Position numbers and translations under genes: made by a program. Shown one piece after another: positions 30,408 to 39,649 of a stretch of 64,000 bases of DNA (position 1 is its first letter; every line of letters begins with the position of its first letter). This DNA comes from Microgenomates group bacterium Gr01-1014_5 (GTDB lineage Bacteria > Patescibacteriota > Microgenomatia > UBA8517 > UBA10165). A model generated the notes under the pieces. It ran no database searches. It was given only the letters and a program-made list of their open reading frames with translations, and was not told the DNA's origin. The DNA is taken from assembly GCA_007376395.1 (NCBI GenBank), contig VMGE01000003.1, positions 26,057-90,056 on the forward strand. The letters are read 5' to 3'.

Positions 30408-31085
30408 TTAATTGTGCTGTTTTAAACCTTCAATTAATCCCATGATCTTATAATGTAGATAAGTAGTTTTTTGTGGACGAAGAGTTAATGTTCCGAAATG
30501 TTGTTCAAAATTCTCATAAAATTTATATAATTTCGAGATTTTAAAGTTTGTTTTTTGGAAATTTGATTGAGGTATTCCAGTTAATTCAGCCCAATAATCC
30601 TTAACTTTTTGTTCTCTTGAACGATGTATCTCATTAATTCCAATATAACAACTAATAAGAGTTTCGTCTATTTTGAAACACTTTTTGAGCCAATATAGGG
30701 CAAAGCTAATTAGTTTTGGGTCTGAATTACTAATTTCTAATCTACCCATTTTTTTGCTTCCTTCTCCCCAATAAAGCGCAAGTCCAGCAATCAACAACTC
30801 TCTTTCGTTTAAAGTTTTTAAACTGGATTTTCCTAAATTTTCAAATTTTTGTATAATGTCAAGCCTTTGATTTTTTAAAAATAATGAATGTATTAGATTT
30901 CCCCGTTCGCGACCTTTTATTTCTTTTTGTCTAAGTACTTCTAATTGTTCTATCGATAAAATAATGTCCCGAACCCAGATACTTGCAGTACCCTTTGAAA
31001 CAGCCAATTTAACAGCAATATCTTTAACACTTTTTCCCTGGGAACGAAGTTCTCGGGCTTTTAGTCTAAGCGCAGATTTAGCCAC
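30408..31085 (-). CDS. HTH + LAGLIDADG-like domain protein (tRNA-adjacent, copy 1)
   Basis: ARELRSQGKS..IA..L.VSKGT.S.W HTH; LLIAGLALYWGEGSK, SNSDP, YW...TGIP, HFGT. Confidence 0.75.
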   Translation of the reverse strand: MAKSALRLKARELRSQGKSVKDIAVKLAVSKGTASIWVRDIILSIEQLEVLRQKEIKGRERGNLIHSLFLKNQRLDIIQKFENLGKSSLKTLNERELLIAGLALYWGEGSKKMGRLEISNSDPKLISFALYWLKKCFKIDETLISCYIGINEIHRSREQKVKDYWAELTGIPQSNFQKTNFKISKLYKFYENFEQHFGTLTLRPQKTTYLHYKIMGLIEGLKQHN

Positions 31086-31136
31086 AACTAAGTTTCCCAA
31101 ATTTAACCCGAATTTGTCAAGATGTAACTTCGAAGC

Positions 31137-31565
31137 TCAATCTAAGTTTGCTACGACTAACTTGAATCCCTCTTTAGAATACCAACTGTCAAATGAGAAA
31201 ATATACTCTGCTCCAAGCTCAACTGCTGTTTCAGCAACAATTGCATCAAAAATGGTGTTTTTCTTAGAATTTGTACGACTAAACCTTTGACTAGCTAATT
31301 TTTGTATTTTTTCATCTATATACTCAATACTTAAAGTCCCTTGCAAGTAACGTGTATTAACAAGTTCGGCTTTGTCAGGTAAATTTAAAGCTCTTTTTAG
31401 AGTTGTGATTGTTTCTAAAATAGCGGTGTTTGGATAAACAACCTCATACCCCTGAGAAAGTAGCCATTTACTAATATTTTTAGCTTTAATATGGTTAGCA
31501 TCCTCTTTACACACTAAAGCGATGAGGGAGTCCGTATCACCGACTGCTATTTTACTTTTTGCCAT
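31137..31565 (-). CDS. PIN-domain (VapC-like) toxin
   Basis: DTD, E, D, SFD acidic residues; overlaps the upstream antitoxin. Confidence 0.85.
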   Translation of the reverse strand: MAKSKIAVGDTDSLIALVCKEDANHIKAKNISKWLLSQGYEVVYPNTAILETITTLKRALNLPDKAELVNTRYLQGTLSIEYIDEKIQKLASQRFSRTNSKKNTIFDAIVAETAVELGAEYIFSFDSWYSKEGFKLVVANLD

Positions 31566-31827
31566 TACTCCTCTTTTCCCCACCCCAAGCATAATAGTCA
31601 TGATTTTCAGATATATCACTTGGAGTATTGGAGTTAGACGGCAATTTCTCTGCAAAGCTCGCAAGTTCAACTAAAGCTTTTACAGAACTAGATTTAGGGT
31701 AAATGACATCCAGACCGGTATTTAGAGCTTCCCGGATTAACTCGGATTCAATTTTTCGCTTGGCTTTTGCAGCTAGGTCAATCCTTTGCTTAGTTTCATC
31801 AGAAATATGTACGCTTATTCTTTGCAT
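31552..31827 (-). CDS. Ribbon-helix-helix antitoxin
   Basis: MQRISVHI...ESELIREAL; C-terminal DISENHDYY. Confidence 0.8.
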   Translation of the reverse strand: MQRISVHISDETKQRIDLAAKAKRKIESELIREALNTGLDVIYPKSSSVKALVELASFAEKLPSNSNTPSDISENHDYYAWGGEKRSNGKK

Positions 31828-31990
31828 ATCTCTATATTATCATACGTATTACGTATGTCAAGCGATAAAAAGGCTACGCTTATTTCGAGCTTGCGAGAAA
31901 CAAGGTTCGCTTATACCAGATTGAAGGTAGATTGTTTATTAAACTCGCATTCGATTGGAAAATTAAGCAATTCAGGCTTATAATATTCTT

Positions 31991-32926
31991 ATGGACGAGT
32001 TAGTAAACTCCAACGAAGCCTCTCGTCAAGTTCTAGATGCCTATAAAAAGGCGGAAAATTTATTGGGTGGTTTTGAATCTGGTAGGTTTGAAACAGAGAT
32101 TCCTGGACAAGCCGAGGTAAGAAGTTTTGAAATTACCCAACGTTATTCTGGAAAGAAACAAACACCCCTTATTGTCAAACTTCCTGAGGCCGATTTCTAC
32201 CTAGACCCTAGAAACCCTTTTATTGTCACTATGCATGACAAAACTCCACAACCTGAGCTAAGTTTTTGGGACAAGTTGAAAGGCAAAACACACACCCCTC
32301 GAACAAAAGCTACTACCAAAGAAATAGGCATGCTTTCAGAACTTATTGCGAATGCAAAACCAACTCAAAAAGAACAAAATCGCAGAAAAATAACAAACGA
32401 TTCACGAGAGGTGTTTTCGTCTAATACAGAAAGAGAGGTAAAAGGTTTACTGGAAAAATTAAAACAAAAAGGAGAAAAGACTGTTTTGGTATTCATTATC
32501 GACAACTCAATCGAAAAGACACACTATATTAAAAGTGATTTTGTCGAAAAACATGCCCAAAAAAGCGGTTTCGGTTATGTTGTAGGTTATAAATATGATG
32601 GGGAAGAAGCAATACAATTCTTCAAAGCATTCAAACAACAGGCTCCAGTTGACCTTCCAATCGTTGTTTATTTAGATAACAACCTTGTTAATGGTGGAGA
32701 TCACAATCCTAAATACAGAATTGGTATGGATGTAATAAAGCGAATTGATGAATTGTGTAAAGAAAATGGTTGGACTATGCCTTACTTAATTGGTGGTTCT
32801 TCAGACAAGGAGCCAAACGAAGCCTTAAAAGAAGCGTACCCCGACCTTTATGTTGGTAGAATTTATGATTTTAGTACTCTCAAAGACCCTCTAGAAAATT
32901 TAGAAGAAAGATTAGCTTCCAAATAA
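31991..32926 (+). CDS. Hypothetical protein with receiver-like C-terminal half
   Basis: VFIIDN ... VVYLDNNL ... G.DV pattern. Confidence 0.65.
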   Translation: MDELVNSNEASRQVLDAYKKAENLLGGFESGRFETEIPGQAEVRSFEITQRYSGKKQTPLIVKLPEADFYLDPRNPFIVTMHDKTPQPELSFWDKLKGKTHTPRTKATTKEIGMLSELIANAKPTQKEQNRRKITNDSREVFSSNTEREVKGLLEKLKQKGEKTVLVFIIDNSIEKTHYIKSDFVEKHAQKSGFGYVVGYKYDGEEAIQFFKAFKQQAPVDLPIVVYLDNNLVNGGDHNPKYRIGMDVIKRIDELCKENGWTMPYLIGGSSDKEPNEALKEAYPDLYVGRIYDFSTLKDPLENLEERLASK

Positions 32927-32954
32927 TTTTTTCCTAGCCTCGCCAGACCTTAAA

Positions 32955-33224
32955 TTAATCAGATTTGATTTTGAGAAGAAAGTATTTGAGTTGTTTTTTT
33001 AAAACCCGTTTCCCCATTGAAGTTTTTAGGTATTTTTCTCTTGCTTCAGTATCTTTCTTCAATAGATAAGCTTCATAGTAAATAAGTTTTAGGGGTTTGT
33101 AGGGAGCAGTCGAGAAATTATTTCCTGCATTATGTTCTTTTACCCTTTTCCTAAGATCAGAAGTTGAACCTTTATAAAACCATCCCGTCTTTTTCAAAGA
33201 TTGTAAAACATAAACATAGTACAC
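32955..33224 (-). CDS. Small GIY-YIG nuclease
   Basis: YYVYVL...FYKGST.DL..R...HN; REKYLK. Confidence 0.9.
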   Translation of the reverse strand: MYYVYVLQSLKKTGWFYKGSTSDLRKRVKEHNAGNNFSTAPYKPLKLIYYEAYLLKKDTEAREKYLKTSMGKRVLKKQLKYFLLKIKSD

Positions 33225-33246
33225 TCAATTGATTTTATACCCTTAG

Positions 33247-33392
33247 GGGTATTATGTCAGGGTGGTGTGCACAAAGTGCACATAATATCCCGACACCACC
33301 CCCACGAGGTCGGAAGAAAAAAGGCCCTGTTGGGGTTATTATGTGAACTTCGTTCACACCAACCCCATGAGGGTGGAATGAAAAAAGCCACC
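33247..33392. repeat. Cluster of REP-like inverted and direct repeats
   Basis: GGTGTGCACAAAGTGCACATAATATCCC (+) vs GGTGTGAACGAAGTTCACATAATAACCCC (-); two copies of ACACCA.CCCCA.GAGG..GGAA...AAAA.GCC. Confidence 0.65.
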
Positions 33393-33408
33393 CTACCGGT
33401 GGCTTTTG
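33381..33408 (-). terminator. Intrinsic terminator, probably the original terminator of the initiator tRNA
   Basis: AAAAGCCACC-GGTAG-GGTGGCTTTTTT; falls about 17 nt after the tRNA 3' end once the integrated element is removed. Confidence 0.7.
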
Positions 33409-33537
33409 AATTTGATACCCTCAGTTGCGAGGGATACAAGAAATAAGAACCTACTTCCTAGCCTCGCCTGACCCTGTATTTATACCAGATTTACGCTGAT
33501 TTTACCAGGGATTAGTTGACTGTGTTGGAACTTATTA

Positions 33538-34068
33538 CTACTGTCCATGACTTGCCATATAACTTACGATATCAGTAATGGCTTTGTTGTTTTTATTTAC
33601 CAAGTCATCCAGTGTACTTAACTCTACATTTGTAATTGCTTTCGAGAAGTCGAAATAATGCCCTCTTGAATATCCGCGCCTAACATTAATTTTTTGAGTT
33701 GATGGAGGAATACCCTCCTCGATATTGCCATACTGGATAAACCACTGTGAATGTGCTACGTCATTTCTTCCTTCTATGCACTCTTTGACCAAATTATAAG
33801 TGGGCAAGAATCTTTTTTGTGATTCTACCCCAATTCTTTGTACAATAAGATCACGTACTAAATCTAATTTTTCTAAAAATTCCATATTTTTTGCAATGGA
33901 ATTAGTAACATTTTGCTTTACTATTGATTCACCTTCTGGATTAATAAGATCTCCCATAAAAAATTCAAGGATCGATTCTAAATGTCGCGATAGTACAACC
34001 ACTTCACCAATTTTAGAAAGAAACTCTTTTGTTTTTGGATCAGAAGTATCTAAAAGAGTGGCATTCAT
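33538..34068 (-). CDS. Putative HEPN-domain protein
   Basis: RNDVAH (RxxxxH) motif and N-terminal E in LE; helical composition. Confidence 0.55.
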   Translation of the reverse strand: MNATLLDTSDPKTKEFLSKIGEVVVLSRHLESILEFFMGDLINPEGESIVKQNVTNSIAKNMEFLEKLDLVRDLIVQRIGVESQKRFLPTYNLVKECIEGRNDVAHSQWFIQYGNIEEGIPPSTQKINVRRGYSRGHYFDFSKAITNVELSTLDDLVNKNNKAITDIVSYMASHGQ

Positions 34069-34145
34069 AAGTATATTTTATCATATTTGAAGCTAGTGGC
34101 TTTGCACACAGAAGCATGTATTTAACGCACCCCATAGAAATATTC

Positions 34146-34751
34146 TTAATAGAAGCCATTATATTTTTTTGTTAAATTAGAAACAGTTTCTAGTCGATCT
34201 TTTCTATAATAATATTTGTCAATTTTGTATTCGCTTGGGGAGATCTTTACAAGCTCAAAGATTAAATCATCTATACTTGCAAAATAGTCAGGAGTAGAAT
34301 TGTCGCGTGCTGTTCTTAACTCTTTAACTAGTACAACATAAACATCGGCTTTTTTTGTTATGTCGATAACATAGTACCAATTGAGTTTGAAGTCTAGACC
34401 TGCAGTTCCATACATTCGCAGAGATGTCGGTTGAGTTAAGTCTTTTCCTGTTAAAAAGTTGTATCCCTGTTGTTCTTTGTCGCTTGAAGGAGCCGTAAAC
34501 ATATTAAGAACTTCCTTACCATCTCTTTTAGCTTGGTATATTTCGAACGTCCTAATGGTTGATAATATAGAGATTGCCTCAGCTTCGCTCACAAAAGTTT
34601 TTGAGTATTCAAACTGAAGTTCCAAGTCTAGCTTCGATATTTCTTCAGACTTTGTCGCTTGCTCAGGTTGAACCTGTTGGTTATTAGTGGGCAAATAGTT
34701 TGCTACCAAAAAACCGATGATAATACCGGTCACAAGAATCAGAAGCCTCAT
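34146..34751 (-). CDS. Exported hypothetical protein
   Basis: N-terminal signal/TM segment. Confidence 0.7.
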   Translation of the reverse strand: MRLLILVTGIIIGFLVANYLPTNNQQVQPEQATKSEEISKLDLELQFEYSKTFVSEAEAISILSTIRTFEIYQAKRDGKEVLNMFTAPSSDKEQQGYNFLTGKDLTQPTSLRMYGTAGLDFKLNWYYVIDITKKADVYVVLVKELRTARDNSTPDYFASIDDLIFELVKISPSEYKIDKYYYRKDRLETVSNLTKKYNGFY

Positions 34752-34884
34752 GATATATATTCATTCTACTATATACATAATTTGGTAAAATAAGAGTAGG
34801 TCTATTAGGCTTGGAAGATATAATAACAACTAGAAATATTCATTTTAGAGACAATTATAACGAGGGTACACCTATAACTAAGTT

Positions 34885-35091
34885 ATGAATAAAGCACAAA
34901 TCAAGCAACTCAATAAAAAAATTAACCAGTTACTTGAGCGCAGAAAAGCAACGGAAGATCGTGTCATACCGATCCTTACGGCAATAAAGTATGGTATCAA
35001 CTATACTACTAAATATAGTGAGCTTAAGGAAGAAGATTTAGATCGAATGATTAATGGTGAAAGTAGCAATAGAGATATAATTGCGCAATGA
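34885..35091 (+). CDS. Hypothetical protein
   Basis: 68-aa ORF coupled by ATGA to the next gene. Confidence 0.55.
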   Translation: MNKAQIKQLNKKINQLLERRKATEDRVIPILTAIKYGINYTTKYSELKEEDLDRMINGESSNRDIIAQ

Positions 35092-35456
35092 AAAAATCAT
35101 GTTTGTTTATCAGAACTAACGGTTTACCATGCAAGGCTAAAACATTAATAAATGGAAACTTATGCTTCAGGCATGATCCAGACAAGGTAAGCATGGCACT
35201 TAATGCATCACGCAAAGGTGGAGAAAATAGAGCACTACAAGGGGTTTATGGTGAACCTATTACACTGAAAAACCCAGATGATGTTAAAAGATTTTTAGGA
35301 CAAGTTATAAATGCTGTTTGGTCAGAGGGTGTGCCGGTACAAGTAGGTAGCTCGATGGGCTTTTTAACAAGATGCTGGTTAGATGCTTATGAGGCTTCGG
35401 ATGTAATTAAAAGGTTAGATGAAATAGAAGAAAAATTAGACCTCATAAATCCCTAG
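35088..35456 (+). CDS. Hypothetical protein with C-x9-C-x10-C-x2-H zinc-finger-like N-terminus
   Basis: CLFIRTNGLPCKAK...LCFRHDP...SRKGG; C-terminal KRLDEIEEK. Confidence 0.7.
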   Translation: MKKSCLFIRTNGLPCKAKTLINGNLCFRHDPDKVSMALNASRKGGENRALQGVYGEPITLKNPDDVKRFLGQVINAVWSEGVPVQVGSSMGFLTRCWLDAYEASDVIKRLDEIEEKLDLINP

Positions 35457-35713
35457 TACTTATATTTTTTAGGAGTTATTTTAAAAGGATTAACAGTTCC
35501 CTTTTTACCGGTGAAAGGATTTATATTCCCTTTCGCAGAAAAATTATCAAACTTCGATTTATTTGGTGATGATTTATAGTGAGGTGCAACGTAAGTACCA
35601 CTCTTTTTTGTGTAGCCTCCTACTCTTTGTAGTGCTTCAGCTTTTGAAGCTGTAGCTAGAGAAAATGAGAATATCAAGAACAAAGCAACTAAACTAAAAA
35701 TAATCTTTTTCAC
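35453..35713 (-). CDS. Small basic secreted protein
   Basis: Signal peptide; VGGYTKKSGTYVAPHY...GNINPFTGKKG. Confidence 0.75.
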   Translation of the reverse strand: MKKIIFSLVALFLIFSFSLATASKAEALQRVGGYTKKSGTYVAPHYKSSPNKSKFDNFSAKGNINPFTGKKGTVNPFKITPKKYKY

Positions 35714-35769
35714 GGTCTGATTATATCACGGAAGTATCCTACATAATAATCCCGTGCAGAAACTATTTA

Positions 35770-36156
35770 TTACTCATTATCGTCAACATATGATTGCATG
35801 CCTTCCATGAAGGAATTGGAATTACCTGAATAGTTGTCAACATCGTCTTGTGTTATGCCACGTTCTTCTGCCCATTTATATCCCGCTTCGTGTCCACTAC
35901 AATCAACAGTGCAGGGGTACCCATTAAATAGTGGTGGGTCAGAATTTATATTAACATCTTCTTCTGCTTGATTGAGTTCAATATTTTCATTAGAAGAAGT
36001 AGTGGAATCAACTATAGGGGTGGCTGACCTATCATTTGTTGTGGTGCCAGAATTTGACGAGGAATTAAATAAAGAAAAAATTAAAAGAAAAAAAGCAGCA
36101 ATTCCTATAACCCATAAAACTTTCTTAACAGAAATATCGCTCATATTACTTTTCAC
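35770..36156 (-). CDS. Membrane-anchored hypothetical protein
   Basis: TM helix; FNGYPCTVDCSGHEAGY motif. Confidence 0.75.
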   Translation of the reverse strand: MKSNMSDISVKKVLWVIGIAAFFLLIFSLFNSSSNSGTTTNDRSATPIVDSTTSSNENIELNQAEEDVNINSDPPLFNGYPCTVDCSGHEAGYKWAEERGITQDDVDNYSGNSNSFMEGMQSYVDDNE

Positions 36157-36204
36157 ACGAGAAACTGAACCATTTAGGATCTTAAAATTGGCTTTGTCTA
36201 GAAT

Positions 36205-36867
36205 TTATCGACAATACTTATCAAGTAAGCCATTTAAGCTATTTGTAGCATTTGATGAGCCAATTTCACACACTTGTCGTCCTAATTTAGCAAGATCGCC
36301 GTTATAACATTTATCAATACAATCTAGTGACTCTTGTCCTCTTCTTGTTACACAATCATCATAGCTTGAATAACCATACGAGGTTCTTGTCATTTCGTAA
36401 TTGCAAATATCTAGAGTGATATTTTTACAACCATTGACGCAATTTTGAGTATTGGCCTGTTGGCTATCTTGGCATTGAATATAGTCATTTGTTGAGCTCT
36501 TTACAGCAGTAGAAGCGTCCTTTACAGATTGAACTACTGAAGGATCGCAATAATAAGTGAGCCCATTATGAGATAACACTACCGGTACTTTTTGTGGGGT
36601 AACCGGTTGCGGTGTTGATTTGGAGGTAGGAATATCAATAGTTTTAGAACCTTGAGGATTTTTTATAGAGGTGGGTATTGTAGTTGGAATTAGAGTTGGT
36701 GACGGCGTAGATGTTACGTCAACTTTTTGAATTAAAGGTTGATTACCACTCAAGTTAATTTTTACAACACCATTTTTTACAGCAGCAGTTCCGACAAATA
36801 AAAGAATAACAGTCCAAATTAAGATAGGTATAAAAGCAATACCTTTTTGATTAGTCATTATGGTCAA
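36205..36867 (-). CDS. Exported Cys-rich hypothetical protein
   Basis: Pilin-leader-like NQKGIAF start, TM helix, Thr/Pro linker, Cys-rich C-terminus. Confidence 0.7.
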   Translation of the reverse strand: MTIMTNQKGIAFIPILIWTVILLFVGTAAVKNGVVKINLSGNQPLIQKVDVTSTPSPTLIPTTIPTSIKNPQGSKTIDIPTSKSTPQPVTPQKVPVVLSHNGLTYYCDPSVVQSVKDASTAVKSSTNDYIQCQDSQQANTQNCVNGCKNITLDICNYEMTRTSYGYSSYDDCVTRRGQESLDCIDKCYNGDLAKLGRQVCEIGSSNATNSLNGLLDKYCR

Positions 36868-36890
36868 TTATACTCTTAATTATCTTCGGT

Positions 36891-37238
36891 TCAGTCAGAA
36901 CGCTCAGGTAAAGATTCGCAGGCAATACCATCAGAATCACGATCAAGTCCAAATTTATCATAACCGAAGCAATCTATCTCTGCCTTGTAGAATCCTTTAG
37001 CAGTATCTTTATCGGGAAAATCAGAGCAATCCATGTCTTCTTCATCCTGAACCATAAGGCAATTGAGTTTATTGAGTTCTATCTTCCTTTCGGGGGTCAT
37101 TGGTGGCGGTGTAACAATCTTTACAGTCTCCTGCGAATTTTGATAATCATTATTTGAAAACTGATTATTCAAATTTCTATTTAGAAATAAAATCCCTATT
37201 AGTACCACAACAACCGTTATAAATAAATATTTACTCAT
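36891..37238 (-). CDS. Excalibur calcium-binding domain protein
   Basis: DCSDF...LDRDSDGIACESLP. Confidence 0.8.
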   Translation of the reverse strand: MSKYLFITVVVVLIGILFLNRNLNNQFSNNDYQNSQETVKIVTPPPMTPERKIELNKLNCLMVQDEEDMDCSDFPDKDTAKGFYKAEIDCFGYDKFGLDRDSDGIACESLPERSD

Positions 37239-37329
37239 AGTTCTGATCTAAATATAGCTCAAAAAGATATAAAATGCTAGTTATTGTCTGTAGAGCTATT
37301 GACTACATTTAGCTACAGTTTTAGCTACT

Positions 37330-37542
37330 ATGTTAGCCACTCCTACAAGAAAACAGCTCGGTAAAAAGTTAAGAGAGTTAAGAAAGAAGGCGGGTTTATC
37401 ACAGGAAGAACTTGGATTCCGTGCAGGACTACACAGGACATACATTGGGGCTATTGAAAGAAGCGAACAAAATGTATCGGTTGATAATGTTCATAAGCTG
37501 GCTAAAGCACTTAAAATTCTTGTAAAAGAGCTGTTTGGATAG
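37330..37542 (+). CDS. XRE-family HTH regulator (controller-protein-like)
   Basis: LRELRKKAGLSQEELG..AGLHRTYIGAIER. Confidence 0.9.
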   Translation: MLATPTRKQLGKKLRELRKKAGLSQEELGFRAGLHRTYIGAIERSEQNVSVDNVHKLAKALKILVKELFG

Positions 37543-37609
37543 TATTTCCCCCACTGAGCCAAAATTAGGAGTGTTGACAAATACCCCAAATATGTTTTAT
37601 ACTACATCT

Positions 37610-37807
37610 ATGCTAACAGTAGATCAGGTAGCCGAAAAACTAAATGTTCATAGAAATACAGTTATTAATCTTATAAAGCAAGGAAAAATTCGAGCTATTA
37701 GGATTGGCGATCAGTACAGGATACCAGAGGAGACGTATAGTCAGTTTATTACCGCTTCTGAAGTAAGGCCAGATAATGTGGTCGCAGGGAGCAAAGTTTT
37801 AGGTTAA
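37610..37807 (+). CDS. Excisionase-like HTH_17 DNA-binding protein
   Basis: MLTVDQVAEKLNVHRNTV...GKIRAIRIGDQYRIP. Confidence 0.88.
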   Translation: MLTVDQVAEKLNVHRNTVINLIKQGKIRAIRIGDQYRIPEETYSQFITASEVRPDNVVAGSKVLG

Positions 37808-37869
37808 TTAGGTTTATATTTAGGTATTTTTAGGTTGTCCGGAGTAACCCCGTATTTACGGAAGGTATG

Positions 37870-37909
37870 CCGCCAAGCGAACAGAAACAGTCGCTGGGCG
37901 GTTTTTTTG
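37870..37909 (+). terminator. Intrinsic terminator/attenuator between xis and the ATPase gene
   Basis: CGCCAAGCGA...TCGCTGGGCG followed by a T run. Confidence 0.55.
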
Positions 37910-37984
37910 TGGCTTTTTTCTGGATGGGAGTTAAAAGCCCTCGTTAGGGTCTCTACCCAGGACGAGAGTTTTTATTTAGAAAAA

Positions 37985-39376
37985 ATGGACAATAAAACTA
38001 ATAAGGAAATCAAAAGATGGTTCGATAGGAACCCGATAACCGAGACGCAAACTCCACAGTGTACTTCGCTTGAAGAAGCGCTGGAAGCTGTCGAGAGAGC
38101 GTTACCAGGTAAGAGAGATATGGCTCTTTTGGCAATGGCTGTTTATATAAGTCGCTTGGTTGATCTGAAAACCCCTTTATGGCTTATGTTCGTTGGTGTT
38201 CCCTCAAGTGCAAAAACAGAAATTGCTCGCATGCTTACTTATGCTCTCTGTATATATTTTCTTGATAGCTTAACCGAAAATGCTTTTGTTAGTGGCTCTA
38301 AAACTAAAACTGGCGAAGAGCCCAAAGATTTATTACCACTTTTAGATGATAAGTGCTTTGTTATTAAAGACTTCACTACAACTTTGTCCCAGAGAGAAGA
38401 GTCTGTAAGGAAGATACTTGGCGATTTAACCTCAATATACGATGATTCTTTTGCTAAACATTCACCTGTAAGAGGCACGATAGAATACCACGCTTTCTTC
38501 TCCCTTTTGTGTTGCGTAACACCGCAGGCTCTAAATCGTCATCAAAGGTATATGAATCAGATTGGCCCAAGATTTTTGTTTTACAGAGTACCGGCCAGTA
38601 TAGAGGAGGAGGTAAATAAAGGATTGGAAGTTTTGTGGTCTTCAGAAGATAGCCGGTCTAGAGTCCGCGAGGCACAAGAGAAAGTCTCCTCTTATTGTAA
38701 CTATATTGAAGAATCGGTTTCAGAGAAACGGCTAGAAAAGGAGAGCAAAGAAGTTATTAGCTACTTGAATAATCTTGCCAAATTTATAGCAAGAGCTAGA
38801 GGGATGGTTTTAACCAGAAATGCAGAGTTTGTAAATAAAGAAGGCGAGACGATTTCTTTTTATGAGCCGGTAGAGATACAGATTGAAGACCCATATAGAG
38901 CGTTGTTGCAATTAAGAGTTTTGGCCAGGTCGTTAGCTACGGTTAAAGGTAAGAGCTCTGTAGCGTTCTCTGAGATGGATTTGGTTAAACAGGTGGCTCT
39001 ATCTTCCATGCCAGCAGACCGCTCACTGCTACTTTCTGTTATTGCCAGAGAAAACAAAGACTGGACTGCTAAGGAAATTGCAGATAACTTGGGTATTTCT
39101 CATAAGACGGCACTCCGGCAACTAGACGAGTTAGTTTCCCTCAAGGTAGTAGTTAAGAGCGAGGGAGGGCTGGGATTAGCTCATATATATAGAATTAAGC
39201 CTGTCTTTGAATCCTTACTTTATAGCAGTACGGAGTTTATGTCCCACCCACCAACCGAGACACAAACTCCACAAGAGACAGTTGTTTCCTCCAATAAAAC
39301 TTCTGACCAGTTAACAGACGGAGAATTACTGAAAATCTTTCTGGGAGCAACGATTAAGGAGTCGATCCATGATTAG
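37985..39376 (+). CDS. P-loop ATPase (MCM/helicase-like) with C-terminal wHTH; probable replication protein
   Basis: GVPSSAKT Walker A variant, VIKDF Walker B, PRFL, TAKEIADNLGISHKT. Confidence 0.7.
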   Translation: MDNKTNKEIKRWFDRNPITETQTPQCTSLEEALEAVERALPGKRDMALLAMAVYISRLVDLKTPLWLMFVGVPSSAKTEIARMLTYALCIYFLDSLTENAFVSGSKTKTGEEPKDLLPLLDDKCFVIKDFTTTLSQREESVRKILGDLTSIYDDSFAKHSPVRGTIEYHAFFSLLCCVTPQALNRHQRYMNQIGPRFLFYRVPASIEEEVNKGLEVLWSSEDSRSRVREAQEKVSSYCNYIEESVSEKRLEKESKEVISYLNNLAKFIARARGMVLTRNAEFVNKEGETISFYEPVEIQIEDPYRALLQLRVLARSLATVKGKSSVAFSEMDLVKQVALSSMPADRSLLLSVIARENKDWTAKEIADNLGISHKTALRQLDELVSLKVVVKSEGGLGLAHIYRIKPVFESLLYSSTEFMSHPPTETQTPQETVVSSNKTSDQLTDGELLKIFLGATIKESIHD

Positions 39377-39554
39377 TCAGGAAGCCATTGTGGAATTCAA
39401 AGAGTTGTATTTTCAGGAGTACAAAGTAAAACTTACTGACGAGCAGGCACTTGATTATGGAACAAGGCTTGTAGGACTAGTAAAAGCTGTTTATGGCAAG
39501 AATTTGCCAAAAGTGAATTTTATTGACAAGGATAACAAGAAAGAGAATAATTAA
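39369..39554 (+). CDS. Small conserved protein upstream of the recombinase
   Basis: MISQEAIVEFKELY...LTDEQA; overlaps the previous gene. Confidence 0.7.
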   Translation: MISQEAIVEFKELYFQEYKVKLTDEQALDYGTRLVGLVKAVYGKNLPKVNFIDKDNKKENN

Positions 39555-39649
39555 AGGGTACTCAAACGGCTGATTGCTTTTTTTGATGGCCGTCTTGGAC
39601 AACCTGAGCAATCAGTTTGAGTACAACCAGGGCGGCCTTTAAAGATTTT

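Noticed and set aside
33257-33439. 60-aa ORF with repeated SWGWC
   Set aside because: It is the translation of the DNA repeat cluster and terminator, and it crosses the att site
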